A DNA stretch of 32,000 nt, taken from the NCBI GenBank assembly GCA_000091165.1, contig FP565575.1:2220001-2252000 (forward strand), given 5' to 3'. Every line of letters starts with the position of its first letter. The first letter of the stretch is position 1. Positions 16,786 through 25,963 of this stretch are shown in pieces. The DNA is from Candidatus Methylomirabilis oxygeniifera. Its GTDB lineage: Bacteria > Methylomirabilota > Methylomirabilia > Methylomirabilales > Methylomirabilaceae. The position numbers and the translations under genes are program-made. Below the pieces are notes generated by a model. That model worked only from the letters and a program-made list of their open reading frames with translations, did no database searches and was not told the DNA's origin.

Positions 16786-18543
16786 ATGGCGAGCACAGAT
16801 GCTGCCACGAATCAAGGCCTTGATCGCCCTTGGTTCGCCTACTATGATCCGTGGGTTCCAACGCGCATCGAGTACCCGGATATCCCGCTCCATCGTTTCC
16901 TGTCGATCTCCGCCCGGAAGTATCCGGACCGAACCGCCATCATCTTCTATGGAACGAAACTGACCTATCGCGCCCTGGACGAGGCCGCCACACGATTTGC
17001 AGCCGCCCTCACAGAGCGCGGACTGGCAAAGGGTGACAGGGTCTCACTCTTTCTCCCGAATTGTCCCCAGATGGTCATCGCCTATTACGGCACGTTGCGG
17101 GCCGGAGGGCTCGCGGTCTCGACCAGCCCGCTCTACTCTACACGAGAGCTGGAGTATCAACTGAATGATTCCGGCGCGGAGACCATCGTGGTGTTGTCGA
17201 AACTCTACCCGCTCGTGAGAGAGGTCGCCCCAAAAACCGGCCTCAAGCGGATCATCGTAACGAATATCAAGGAGTATTTTCCGCCCATGCTCCGGTTACT
17301 GTTCACCCTCTTCAAGGAAAAGCCGCAGGGGCACCGACCCGTAGTGGAGCAAAGGCCGGGAACGGAGTGGTTTTCGGAGGCGCTGGCCTCCGCCCCCGCG
17401 AAGCCCCCCGCTACTACGGTCGGCTCGGATGACCCGGCGCTGCTGCAGTACACCGGGGGTACGACAGGCCTGGCTAAGGGGGCGATGCTCACACACAGGA
17501 ATCTGGTGGCCAACACCATACAAACAGGCGCGTGGCTGGTAAAACCTGCCTCGAGCCCTGCCGAAGGGCCTGCCGGGGACTCGGTCGAAGGAGAGCGCAG
17601 CGAAGCCGAGGTCTTCCTTGGGGCGATCCCGTTCTTCCATGTCTATGGGATGACGGTCGTCATGAATCTCTGCATATCGCTGGGCCACACAATGGTACTC
17701 TTGCCGCAATTCAAGACGCAGGAAGTCCTGGATACGATCGCGAAATACCGACCCACCTTCTTCCCCGGCGTCCCGACGATGTATGTCGCCATCAATAATT
17801 ACCCGGAGGTCGGTAGATACAATCTCCATTCGATCAAGGCCTGCTTGAGTGGAGCAGCGCCACTACCTCTCGAGGTGGCCAACAGGTTTGAAGCGTTAAC
17901 CGGTGCGCGCCTTGTGGAGGGGTACGGTCTGACTGAGACCTCCCCGGTTACGCACGCCAATCCGCTTTTTGGTGCCAGGAAGGCGGGGACGATCGGCATA
18001 CCGCTCCCGGACACCGACGCCAGGATCGTGGATCTGGAGACCGGGGAACGGACGCTGCCGCTACGGGAAATCGGCGAGGTGGTAGTCAAAGGTCCCCAGG
18101 TGATGGCCGGGTATTGGAATCAGCCTGGCGAGACCGCCATGGTGCTCCGAGATGGATGGTTGTACACAGGCGACATCGGCTATATGGATGAGCAGGGTTA
18201 TTTCACCATCGTAGACCGCAAGAAAGAGATGATCATCGCGGGCGGCTTCAACGTCTATCCCCGGGAGGTTGAAGAACCGCTGTATGAGCATCCGAGGATT
18301 AAAGAGGCCGTTGCAGTGGGTCTGCCTGACCCATACCGTGGAGAGACGGTCAAGGTCTATATCGTGCTGAAGGAGGGGGAGCGCGCCACCGAGCAGGAGA
18401 TCATCGACTTTTGCAAGCAGCGGATGGCAAAGCACAAGGTGCCTACCCTGGTCGAGTTCAGACAGGAGCTACCGAAGACGCTCGTAGGGAAAGTGCTCCG
18501 TCGCACCTTGCGCGAAGAGGAGATGGCCAAACGGACGTCATGA
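16786..18543 (+). CDS. Long-chain fatty-acid-CoA ligase (AMP-forming)
   Basis: AAGGAG RBS. LLQYTGGTTGLAKGAMLTH, VEGYGLTETSPVTH, GWLYTGDIGYMDEQGYFTIVDRKKEMIIAGGFNVYPREVE, GKVLRRTLR. Confidence 0.95.
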   Translation: MASTDAATNQGLDRPWFAYYDPWVPTRIEYPDIPLHRFLSISARKYPDRTAIIFYGTKLTYRALDEAATRFAAALTERGLAKGDRVSLFLPNCPQMVIAYYGTLRAGGLAVSTSPLYSTRELEYQLNDSGAETIVVLSKLYPLVREVAPKTGLKRIIVTNIKEYFPPMLRLLFTLFKEKPQGHRPVVEQRPGTEWFSEALASAPAKPPATTVGSDDPALLQYTGGTTGLAKGAMLTHRNLVANTIQTGAWLVKPASSPAEGPAGDSVEGERSEAEVFLGAIPFFHVYGMTVVMNLCISLGHTMVLLPQFKTQEVLDTIAKYRPTFFPGVPTMYVAINNYPEVGRYNLHSIKACLSGAAPLPLEVANRFEALTGARLVEGYGLTETSPVTHANPLFGARKAGTIGIPLPDTDARIVDLETGERTLPLREIGEVVVKGPQVMAGYWNQPGETAMVLRDGWLYTGDIGYMDEQGYFTIVDRKKEMIIAGGFNVYPREVEEPLYEHPRIKEAVAVGLPDPYRGETVKVYIVLKEGERATEQEIIDFCKQRMAKHKVPTLVEFRQELPKTLVGKVLRRTLREEEMAKRTS

Positions 18544-18628
18544 GACACTTGAAGCGGTTTGGATACCGGAGGCCGGCCCATGGAGTTCGCCGGACATGCG
18601 CGGTCACACCCCGTGTGAGGCCCGCCGG

Positions 18629-21502
18629 ATGAGTCTTCGAAAACTGTTATCTCACACGGTACTCGCCTACCCCAGAACTACACTAGTTGTCGCGGTGCTG
18701 CTTACGCTGCTCTCGGTCTGGGTGGCGATTGCGCGGTTGCGCTTTACCTCTACGCATCAGGCGATGTCCTCTCTTAGCGGTAGGGTCGGCCAGGTTCAGG
18801 AACGCTACAATCAGGCGTTCGGCGACCCGGACCAGGTCGTGATCGTCGTAGAGGCCGCGGATCAGGAACAGGCCAAGCGCTACGCCGCTGTCCTTGCAGG
18901 ACGACTGGAGGCTTCGGCGGATATCGAGGAGGCTATCTATCGCTTTGATCTTACGTCCCTGGAAGATCATTTTCTGATGTACCTGACCCCGCAGCAGCTC
19001 AACGACCTGCGGGATAAGCTTGAGGAACATGCCTCGCTCCTCGAGGAGCTGTCGGCCAAGCCAGGCATCAATCGCCTCTTTCAACTGATCCATCGCGAGA
19101 TCAGTTCGGCGTTGGTCGGTCGGCTGTTTACCGGCTTCCTGGGCGAAGAAGAAGAGGGCGAGGTCAAGCGCCCTGTAGAGCTTCAGCCGCTTATCGCGCT
19201 GCTGACGCAGCTCGAGGCGTGGGCGAGCGGTCCCAGGAGCTACACCTCGCCGTGGAAGCAGTTCATGGTCGAGGCCGACGAGAACGGCGACCGGGAAGGT
19301 TACCTGTGGTCCGACAACAAACAGCTCCTCTTCATCCTGGCCACCGTGAGGGCGGATCCGACAAGCCTGCACAAGTTTGAGCGGCCGATTCAATCGATCC
19401 GTGGGGAAATCCGGTCGCTGCAATCCCGCTATCCCGGGGTCAAAGCCGGGGTCACAGGAGGTCCCGCCCTCGAATACGATGAGGTGACCGCCGCACAACG
19501 GGATTCCGGGCTGATGACCTTCATCTCTCTCGGCGGTGTCACCCTGTTGGTAGCGGCAGTCTTTCGCGGCGTGCTCAGGCCGCTCATGGGTATGATAGCG
19601 CTCGTCATGGGGGTCTGTTGGGCTTTCGGGTTTGCCGCCGTAACGGTCGGTCATCTGAACATGATGTCGATGGTGTTGGCGCCGATGCTGATCGGCATCG
19701 GGATGGACTATGGGATCCATCTCGTGGCCAGGTACGAAGAGGAACGGGGCGCAGGCCATACCATTCAGGAGTCGCTGGAACAGGCCTTCGAAGGCGCCGG
19801 TCCCGGGATTCTGCACGCGGCCATCACGACCTCCGTCGCTCTCTTTGCCCTTCTACTCACAGGAGTCAGTGTGTTGCAGGAGCTGGGTCTGATCACCGGG
19901 TTCGGCCTGCTGCTGACGCTGGTTTCGACCTTTGTCGTGTTGCCCCCACTGCTGTTGTTATGGGATAGGCGACCTGCCACGGATGGTTCGGCGGAGAACG
20001 CCGCAGCGACCGTCAAAGGGCATGTCATGAGAGGGAAGGTCGGCGACATCCGCTGGCCGCTGCCATACTTGCCGAAGCCCCCGGATTTTATGGAATTCTG
20101 GTATCGCCGGCCCCGCACCGTCCTGCTCCTGTCGGCGATCGGGACGCTGGCAGCCTTGTATGCGATGAGTCGCATCGAATTCGACGGCAACGTCCTCCAT
20201 CTTCAGGCGGAAGGCACCGAATCGGTAGACTGGGAGCTGAAGATTATCCGGCAGTCTGAGCGTTCGACCATCTATGGGGTGATCCTGGCTGAGAACCTCG
20301 AGGAGGTAAGAACCAAGACGAAAGCCCTCGAAGCCCTCGCCTCAGTGAGCAAGGTGGAGAGTATCGCAATGCTCATCCCGGAGGACCAAGAGCGCAAGCT
20401 CCGATTGGCTCACGATCTCAGACCGCTCCTGGCCAAGGCGGACCTCTCGACACTGCCCCAGCCGGGACCGGTTGATCTCGATGAGCTGCTGAATACGCTA
20501 CAGCGGATCAAGGCCAAGATGTTGACGGCCGAGGATGCGGAGAAGTGGACCGGGAAGGACAAACCGCCCCTGGAGCAGATGACGCAAGTACGACGCCTGG
20601 TCGATCGGTTTGAGCGGCGGATCCAGCAACGTGGCTACGCAGAGGTTCGTCGTAGGCTTGCCGTCTTCCAGGATAAACTGTTCGACGATTTCTCTGATAA
20701 GATGTCGCTCCTCGGCAGGGCGGTCGCCTCCGGTCCGGTCGAGCTCGATGATGTGCCGAACGATCTGAAAAAGCAGTTTGTGGGGCGGGACGGGTCGTAC
20801 CTGATTCGGGTCTACCCCAAAGGCGACCCGTGGGAGTTTGCCTCGCAGATTACGTTTGTCCGCGAGTTACGATCAGTGGATCCAGACGCCGTCGGCGACC
20901 CGGTCAAGGGGTTCGAGGTGATCTCGGCGATGAAGCGCGGGTATCAGCAGGTGGCGATCTATGCCTTGATCGGAGTGGCAGCGCTGTTCTTGCTGAATCT
21001 ACGAGATCTACGCTACTTCCTGCTGGCGAAGGTTCCGCTGTTGATCGGAGCCATCTGGATCGCCGGCCTGATGGAACTCTTTCATTTGAAGTTCAATCTG
21101 GCCAACCTGATCATCATTCCGCTGATTGTGGCGCCCGGGGTGGAGAACGGCCTGTTGATCATCCACCGCTTCCGAGAAGAGGGAGAAGCCGCCATACTGC
21201 CAAAGAGCATCGGGAAGGGCGTAGTGCTCTCATCGCTGACAACCATGATCGGCTTCGGCAGCCTCCTTATGGCTCACCACCGCGGCGCATACAGCATCGG
21301 TCTTTTGGTGACGCTGGGGGTGGGGGCCGTCCTGCTGGTCTCGGTGGTGGTGCTGCCGGCCCTCCTCACTGTTGTTGCCAGACACCCATCAAAAGAGGCG
21401 ATTTCAGGCTCCGGGCTCCTGGCTGAAGGTGCTCCCGGACAACTTGAACCGAGCGCTCAGAATATAGAACAGGACACGATATTCAACTCAAAGGAGAAGT
21501 AA
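18629..21502 (+). CDS. MMPL/RND transporter, hopanoid-associated HpnN-like
   Basis: Two RND halves with SSD-like TM blocks (GIGMDYGIHLVARYEEERG; IVAPGVENGLLIIHRFREEG). Directly followed by an MlaC/HpnM-like gene. Confidence 0.85.
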   Translation: MSLRKLLSHTVLAYPRTTLVVAVLLTLLSVWVAIARLRFTSTHQAMSSLSGRVGQVQERYNQAFGDPDQVVIVVEAADQEQAKRYAAVLAGRLEASADIEEAIYRFDLTSLEDHFLMYLTPQQLNDLRDKLEEHASLLEELSAKPGINRLFQLIHREISSALVGRLFTGFLGEEEEGEVKRPVELQPLIALLTQLEAWASGPRSYTSPWKQFMVEADENGDREGYLWSDNKQLLFILATVRADPTSLHKFERPIQSIRGEIRSLQSRYPGVKAGVTGGPALEYDEVTAAQRDSGLMTFISLGGVTLLVAAVFRGVLRPLMGMIALVMGVCWAFGFAAVTVGHLNMMSMVLAPMLIGIGMDYGIHLVARYEEERGAGHTIQESLEQAFEGAGPGILHAAITTSVALFALLLTGVSVLQELGLITGFGLLLTLVSTFVVLPPLLLLWDRRPATDGSAENAAATVKGHVMRGKVGDIRWPLPYLPKPPDFMEFWYRRPRTVLLLSAIGTLAALYAMSRIEFDGNVLHLQAEGTESVDWELKIIRQSERSTIYGVILAENLEEVRTKTKALEALASVSKVESIAMLIPEDQERKLRLAHDLRPLLAKADLSTLPQPGPVDLDELLNTLQRIKAKMLTAEDAEKWTGKDKPPLEQMTQVRRLVDRFERRIQQRGYAEVRRRLAVFQDKLFDDFSDKMSLLGRAVASGPVELDDVPNDLKKQFVGRDGSYLIRVYPKGDPWEFASQITFVRELRSVDPDAVGDPVKGFEVISAMKRGYQQVAIYALIGVAALFLLNLRDLRYFLLAKVPLLIGAIWIAGLMELFHLKFNLANLIIIPLIVAPGVENGLLIIHRFREEGEAAILPKSIGKGVVLSSLTTMIGFGSLLMAHHRGAYSIGLLVTLGVGAVLLVSVVVLPALLTVVARHPSKEAISGSGLLAEGAPGQLEPSAQNIEQDTIFNSKEK

Positions 21503-21503
21503 C

Positions 21504-22160
21504 ATGTCAAGCGCGATGAGGGTATCCGTGCGAACAGGACTGCTGAGTGGAATGCTGACCCTGGGATTGTCGGTCTTTGCGGGGTTCGCCTTCGCGAGCG
21601 GAACCACCGATCAGGTGAAGACCGAACTGGATCACCTTACCGCTATCGTACAGGACCCCTCCTTACAAGAGAAGGAAAAAGAAGCGGCAAGGAAGTCGAT
21701 GGTGAAGGAGCGGATCCTGCGCTGGTTCGACCTGCAGGAGATGGCGCGCCGCTCGCTGGCCAACCACTGGACGAAGCGATCAGGTCAGGAACGGAAGGAT
21801 TTCGTCGAGCTGTTCGGGGATCTGTTTGTAGAATCTTACACTACATTGGTGGTCGATCATCTTGGCGACCAGCAGGTGACCTACCTCTCGGAACAGATCG
21901 ATACGCAAGACGCCATCGTCAAGACCAAGTTCCTCTCGAAACGGAACGAGCCCACCTTTGTTGACTTTACCCTCCTTCGTCGAGGCAACGCCTGGGTTCC
22001 GTACGATGTCGTGATCGACGAGGTCAGCATCGTGGGCAATTACCGCGTCCAGTTCGATAAGGTCATCCGGGATCAGTCATACGAAGCCCTCGTCAAGAAG
22101 ATGCGGCTCAAGCGAGAGTCGGAGGGGTTGGGATCGACGGCAAAGAAGAAGTCGATGTAG
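21504..22160 (+). CDS. HpnM / MlaC(Ttg2D)-family periplasmic protein
   Basis: Signal peptide; LQEMARRSLANHWTKRSGQERKDFVELFGDLFVESYTTLV; VDFTLLRRGNAWVPYDVVIDEVSIVGNYRVQFDKVI. Confidence 0.85.
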   Translation: MSSAMRVSVRTGLLSGMLTLGLSVFAGFAFASGTTDQVKTELDHLTAIVQDPSLQEKEKEAARKSMVKERILRWFDLQEMARRSLANHWTKRSGQERKDFVELFGDLFVESYTTLVVDHLGDQQVTYLSEQIDTQDAIVKTKFLSKRNEPTFVDFTLLRRGNAWVPYDVVIDEVSIVGNYRVQFDKVIRDQSYEALVKKMRLKRESEGLGSTAKKKSM

Positions 22161-22169
22161 CCGTGCTGC

Positions 22170-22199
22170 CCCTTCGATGAAACTCAGGACAGGCTCAAG
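22170..22199. repeat. Interspersed repeat fragment overlapping the stop codon of the Ino1-like gene
   Basis: CCCCTTCGATGAAACTCAGGACAGGCTCAAG, related to the TTCGAC..GCTCAGGAC sequence type also present at 10889-10971. Confidence 0.6.
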
Positions 22200-23568
22200 C
22201 TCCGCCCATGCCCGTTCGATAGGCATCTCCCGATTCGTAGTAATCAAGTCCGGAGTGGTCAAGCACTTCTTCCCCGACCAGGATGCGCAAGGTGTTGGTC
22301 AGCTTCAGGTGCTGGATGAACAGGTCATGCTCCGGCTTCAGATCGGCTCGGGCCATCGGAGACTTAAAGTAGAACGACAGCCACTCCTGAATACCCGATA
22401 ATCCGGCCCGTTGCGCCAGGTCCAGAAACAGAGCCAGATCGAGAACCACCGGCGCCGCCAGGATGGAATCCCGACAGAGGAAGTTGATCTTGATCTGCAT
22501 CGGCTGGCCGAGCCAACCGAAGATATCGATGTTATCCCACCCCTCCTTAGCATCACCGCGAGGCGGATAATACTCAATGCGGACCTTGTGGAAGACCTGT
22601 CCATACAGTTCCGGATAGAGCTCCGGCTGCACAATTGCCTCCAGCACCGAGCCCTTACTGACCTCTTTGGTTCTGAACGATCCCTGATCGTCCAACACCT
22701 CACCGTCCCGGTTTCCCAGGATGTTGGTAGAAAACCAGCCGCTCAACCCCAGCATCTTGGCCTTCAACCCGGGCGCGACCACGGTTTTCAGAAAGGTCTG
22801 GCCAGTCTTGAAATCCTTTCCGGCGATCGGAACGTGGCGCTGATGAGCGAATTCGACCAGCGCCGGGATATCTACCGTCAAACTGGGTGAGCCGTTCGCA
22901 AAGGGGACACCGGCTGAGATGGCGGCATAGGCATAGATCATGCTTGAGGAAATTTCCGGAGCGTTTGCCTTCAGGCCGGCCTCAAAGGCTTCAATAGTCT
23001 CGTGTACCGGAGCCGGCTGCATGAAGACCTCTGTCGATCCGCACCAGATCATGACGACCCGCTGCGTCCCCTCACTTCGGCGAAATGCCTCGATATCTTC
23101 GATCAGCATATCTGCTAGGTGCTTCTTGCTGAGACCTGACTTCAGGTTCGTCCCCGAGAGCCTTCGCACATAGGCTTGGTCAAAGACTGCCGGCCATGGT
23201 CTCACCGCTTCCAGTTGGTCTTTGACCTGGTCCAGCAACTCTTTGGGTAGAACCCCGGCATGGCACGCGGTCTGATAGGCGTCCTCGGGAAAAATATCCC
23301 AGCCGCCGAAGACCAGATTGTCCAGGTCGGCGAGGGGAACGACCTCCTTAATAGGCGCATAGCGAGGACTGGTCCGCTTGCCCAGGCGCATTCGCTGCAT
23401 CTGCGTGAGGGAGCCATACGGTTGAGACAGCCCCTTGTTGATCAAGTGGACTCCTGCAATGAGCGTAGTGGCCACCGCCCCCAACCCTGGGATCAGTACA
23501 CCCAACTTGCCCTGAGGAGACGCAATCTCTCGCTTTAATTCTGGATAGAATGAACTCCTTTGGCTCAT
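22195..23568 (-). CDS. myo-inositol-1-phosphate synthase (Ino1 family)
   Basis: LIPGLGAVATTLIAGVHLI; AGKDFKTGQTFLKTVVAPGLK; GWFSTNILGNRDGEVLDDQGSFRTKEVSKGSVLE; PELYPELYGQVFHKVRIEYYPPRGDAKEGWDNIDIFGWLGQPMQIKINFLCRDSILAAPVVLDLALFLDLAQRAG. Confidence 0.95.
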   Translation of the reverse strand: MSQRSSFYPELKREIASPQGKLGVLIPGLGAVATTLIAGVHLINKGLSQPYGSLTQMQRMRLGKRTSPRYAPIKEVVPLADLDNLVFGGWDIFPEDAYQTACHAGVLPKELLDQVKDQLEAVRPWPAVFDQAYVRRLSGTNLKSGLSKKHLADMLIEDIEAFRRSEGTQRVVMIWCGSTEVFMQPAPVHETIEAFEAGLKANAPEISSSMIYAYAAISAGVPFANGSPSLTVDIPALVEFAHQRHVPIAGKDFKTGQTFLKTVVAPGLKAKMLGLSGWFSTNILGNRDGEVLDDQGSFRTKEVSKGSVLEAIVQPELYPELYGQVFHKVRIEYYPPRGDAKEGWDNIDIFGWLGQPMQIKINFLCRDSILAAPVVLDLALFLDLAQRAGLSGIQEWLSFYFKSPMARADLKPEHDLFIQHLKLTNTLRILVGEEVLDHSGLDYYESGDAYRTGMGGA

Positions 23569-24764
23569 GCCTGTACCCCTTCCCTATATGAGTTCCACAA
23601 TACGACTATGAAAAAGATCGGCGCTCCGATCGCCGAAAGCATCAGAAACCAATGTGCCTTTCCAAACGCTGAGACAATCACCACGAGGTAGATGAAATCC
23701 CGCCTCGCAAGGGCATCGGCAAGCATAGAGACGCGGGATGGGGCTTCGGAGGTGGTGGTGGACGTAAAAAGCGGCCCTTCGGCGGTTTTGTGCCGCATGG
23801 TCTGTCGATAGACGAATCCAGCCGACAGAAGGCCTCCCGCCGTTGCCGAACAGGCCAGCAGCAGGGGTAACCGCGCCCCGTCAGCCATCCACCATCCCAG
23901 ACCGATGCACACAAATACCGCCGAGTGAACGACATTATCCCCCCAGAAATCCAGGAGACCGCCAAAACGGGATTCCAGATATTTGAGTCTGGCAATCTCT
24001 CCGTCACAACCGTCCAGAATCGAATGCAGGAGGAACAGCAGCGCGCCGACCAGTTGATACGCAGGCGCAGATGAGAAGAAGAACAGCGCCCCCACGACAC
24101 CGATTGCCACGCTCACGGCGGTCATCTGGTTCGGGGTGATACCAGTGCCCACGATGCGCCGCGTGACCGCCAGTGAGATCTTCCGTTCGACATGCCTCGA
24201 CATAAAGCCTTCCGTATCTTTCACCAAGCCCTGCAGGAGCCACCGCTCGGCATAAGGGAGATCCGCTCGACTCGAGACCCTGACCCAGCGTCCGTCATCC
24301 ATGAGGATGCCCACTCTTTGGTAGGTCCGCTCCAGTTCGGAGAACAGGGACAGGTCGTCGTTCGCACGCTCGATCACTGACAGAAGGGTCTTCGGGTCCG
24401 CCGTCTCAACGGCAGCGATCCCGCTGGTGGGGGCACATATCGCCTCAGCATGTAACGGCATCTCGATTAGATGCGTCAGCAGCGAGGGCTGGGGAAGGAG
24501 GCGAGCAGTCAGCACCAGGATACGACCAAGGGGTTGATGACCGGTCAACCTGGCTGGAGGCAGTAGCACCGCCTTCGTTCCCTCCAGCAGCTTCCCACAC
24601 TCGAATGATCCATTATCCACAACCAGGATATCCTGACAGCCGGCACGAGAGGCTACCAGAACAATCCGTCGAAGCAACGGCAGGCCCAATACCACCGTAT
24701 CCGGGCCAACCTCACCCGAGCCCTTTGAGATCACGATTATGACTGTGGCTGCCTGCTTGCCCAT
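23565..24764 (-). CDS. Fusion of degenerate nucleotidyltransferase-like domain and CDP-alcohol phosphotransferase (IPCT/DIPPS-like architecture)
   Basis: CDP-alcohol PT signature DGCDGEIARLKYLESRFGGLLDFWGDN with several TM helices. N-terminal ~190 aa resembles a nucleotidyltransferase fold but lacks the LAAGxGSRL loop. Overlaps the next gene by ATGA. Confidence 0.8.
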   Translation of the reverse strand: MGKQAATVIIVISKGSGEVGPDTVVLGLPLLRRIVLVASRAGCQDILVVDNGSFECGKLLEGTKAVLLPPARLTGHQPLGRILVLTARLLPQPSLLTHLIEMPLHAEAICAPTSGIAAVETADPKTLLSVIERANDDLSLFSELERTYQRVGILMDDGRWVRVSSRADLPYAERWLLQGLVKDTEGFMSRHVERKISLAVTRRIVGTGITPNQMTAVSVAIGVVGALFFFSSAPAYQLVGALLFLLHSILDGCDGEIARLKYLESRFGGLLDFWGDNVVHSAVFVCIGLGWWMADGARLPLLLACSATAGGLLSAGFVYRQTMRHKTAEGPLFTSTTTSEAPSRVSMLADALARRDFIYLVVIVSAFGKAHWFLMLSAIGAPIFFIVVLWNSYREGVQA

Positions 24765-24780
24765 CCGAAAGAAAGCGTTC

Positions 24781-24819
24781 AGCGATCAGCCATCAGCTCT
24801 TCGCTGATCGCTGACGGCT
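24781..24819. repeat. Palindromic, 7-nt-periodic interspersed repeat overlapping the 3' end of the Gfo/Idh gene
   Basis: AGCGATCAGCCATCAGC (24781-24797) and GCTGATCGCTGACGGCT (24803-24819), 14/17 complementary with a 5-nt loop. Confidence 0.85.
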
Positions 24820-25868
24820 AACACCTTACTCCCCTGGCTGTGCGATTCCTTGGCGAGGTGCAGAAGCTGCACGCAGCGCGACGCCATGGTCAGATTCTCC
24901 CCGCCTCGTTCAGCAACCGACATCTCCCGCAGAAAATCGTCCCTCACCTGGCGAAACCACTCCGGGTGATGGGAACCCTGCGAGAGCGGCTGCTCAAATG
25001 TCCAACGCTGCTCGCCCCCTTCGCGTTTCAGCACCAGAGTGCCGTCCTCTATCCGGATAGTCCCACAGGTTCCTTCGATAACAGCGCAATTACTCCGTGA
25101 AGACGAGGCCCACGTCAAAAGAATATTAGCTTCGGCTGCAGACGACCTCAGTTGAACGCTCGCCGTATCCTCAACCGGCCATTCCGGATGCCGGCGCTTT
25201 TCCAGCGTCGCAGTGATCGTCCGAGGCTCCTCCCCAAGCCAATCCAACACGATATACAGCGCGTGGTAGCCGTGATCGAGCAGGATGCCGCCGCCGGCGA
25301 TAGCCGGATCCAGCCGCCAGTTGCCCGTCCCAAGCATCGTCGAAGGATCGGGTGTGGCGCTTTCGACGGGACTTGGGAGCGACTGCACCGCGATCGACGG
25401 TTCGCGTCTGTAAACGTGCCAGCTTACATACTGCACAGTCCCGATCTGTCCTTGCCGGATCAGTGTCGTCGCCTGCATGACAATCGGAGCATACCGCCAG
25501 TTGTGGACCGTATAGAGAATACGGCCGCTTTCCGCCCGGGCATCTCGCACCAGCCGCAGCTCGTCCGGGGTGAGCACGAGCGGCTTTTCGCACAGCACAT
25601 GCAACCCTCGGCTTAAAGCCAGCCGTATCAGGGATGCGTGCGTTCCAGGGGGTGTACAGATATCGACGAAATCGATGGCCTCGGCAGCCAACATCGCCGA
25701 CACGTCGGTGTAGAGCCTGGCCCCTGGAAGACGCGATTGCTCCTGAGCGAGCCTGGATTCAACGGCGTCAGCGGCGGCAATAATCCGGGCCCGGTCGCAT
25801 CCTTCCCATCCAGGCAGATGCCCGTTCACCGCCACATTGCCCAGACCGATAATAGCGCCGTTCAACAT
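24786..25868 (-). CDS. Gfo/Idh/MocA-family oxidoreductase
   Basis: AIIGLGNVAVNGHLPGW, DFVDICTPPGTHASLIRLALSRGLHVLCEKPL, GGGILLDHGYHALYIVLDWLG. Confidence 0.93.
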   Translation of the reverse strand: MLNGAIIGLGNVAVNGHLPGWEGCDRARIIAAADAVESRLAQEQSRLPGARLYTDVSAMLAAEAIDFVDICTPPGTHASLIRLALSRGLHVLCEKPLVLTPDELRLVRDARAESGRILYTVHNWRYAPIVMQATTLIRQGQIGTVQYVSWHVYRREPSIAVQSLPSPVESATPDPSTMLGTGNWRLDPAIAGGGILLDHGYHALYIVLDWLGEEPRTITATLEKRRHPEWPVEDTASVQLRSSAAEANILLTWASSSRSNCAVIEGTCGTIRIEDGTLVLKREGGEQRWTFEQPLSQGSHHPEWFRQVRDDFLREMSVAERGGENLTMASRCVQLLHLAKESHSQGSKVLAVSDQRRADG

Positions 25869-25878
25869 GCTTAAAAAC

Positions 25879-25963
25879 AGGGTCTAGGGTGTAGAGAAAA
25901 ACCGGCGATTCTTCTCACTCCTCTACCCTCTACCCTAAACCCTCTCTTCATCCCCTATACCCT
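25879..25963. repeat. Palindromic, 7-nt-periodic interspersed repeat
   Basis: AGGGTCTAGGGTGTAGAG (25879-25896) versus CTCTACCCTCTACCCTAAACCCT (25921-25943), then CCCTATACCCTGT. The stop codon of the aminotransferase (25948-25950) lies within it. Confidence 0.85.
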
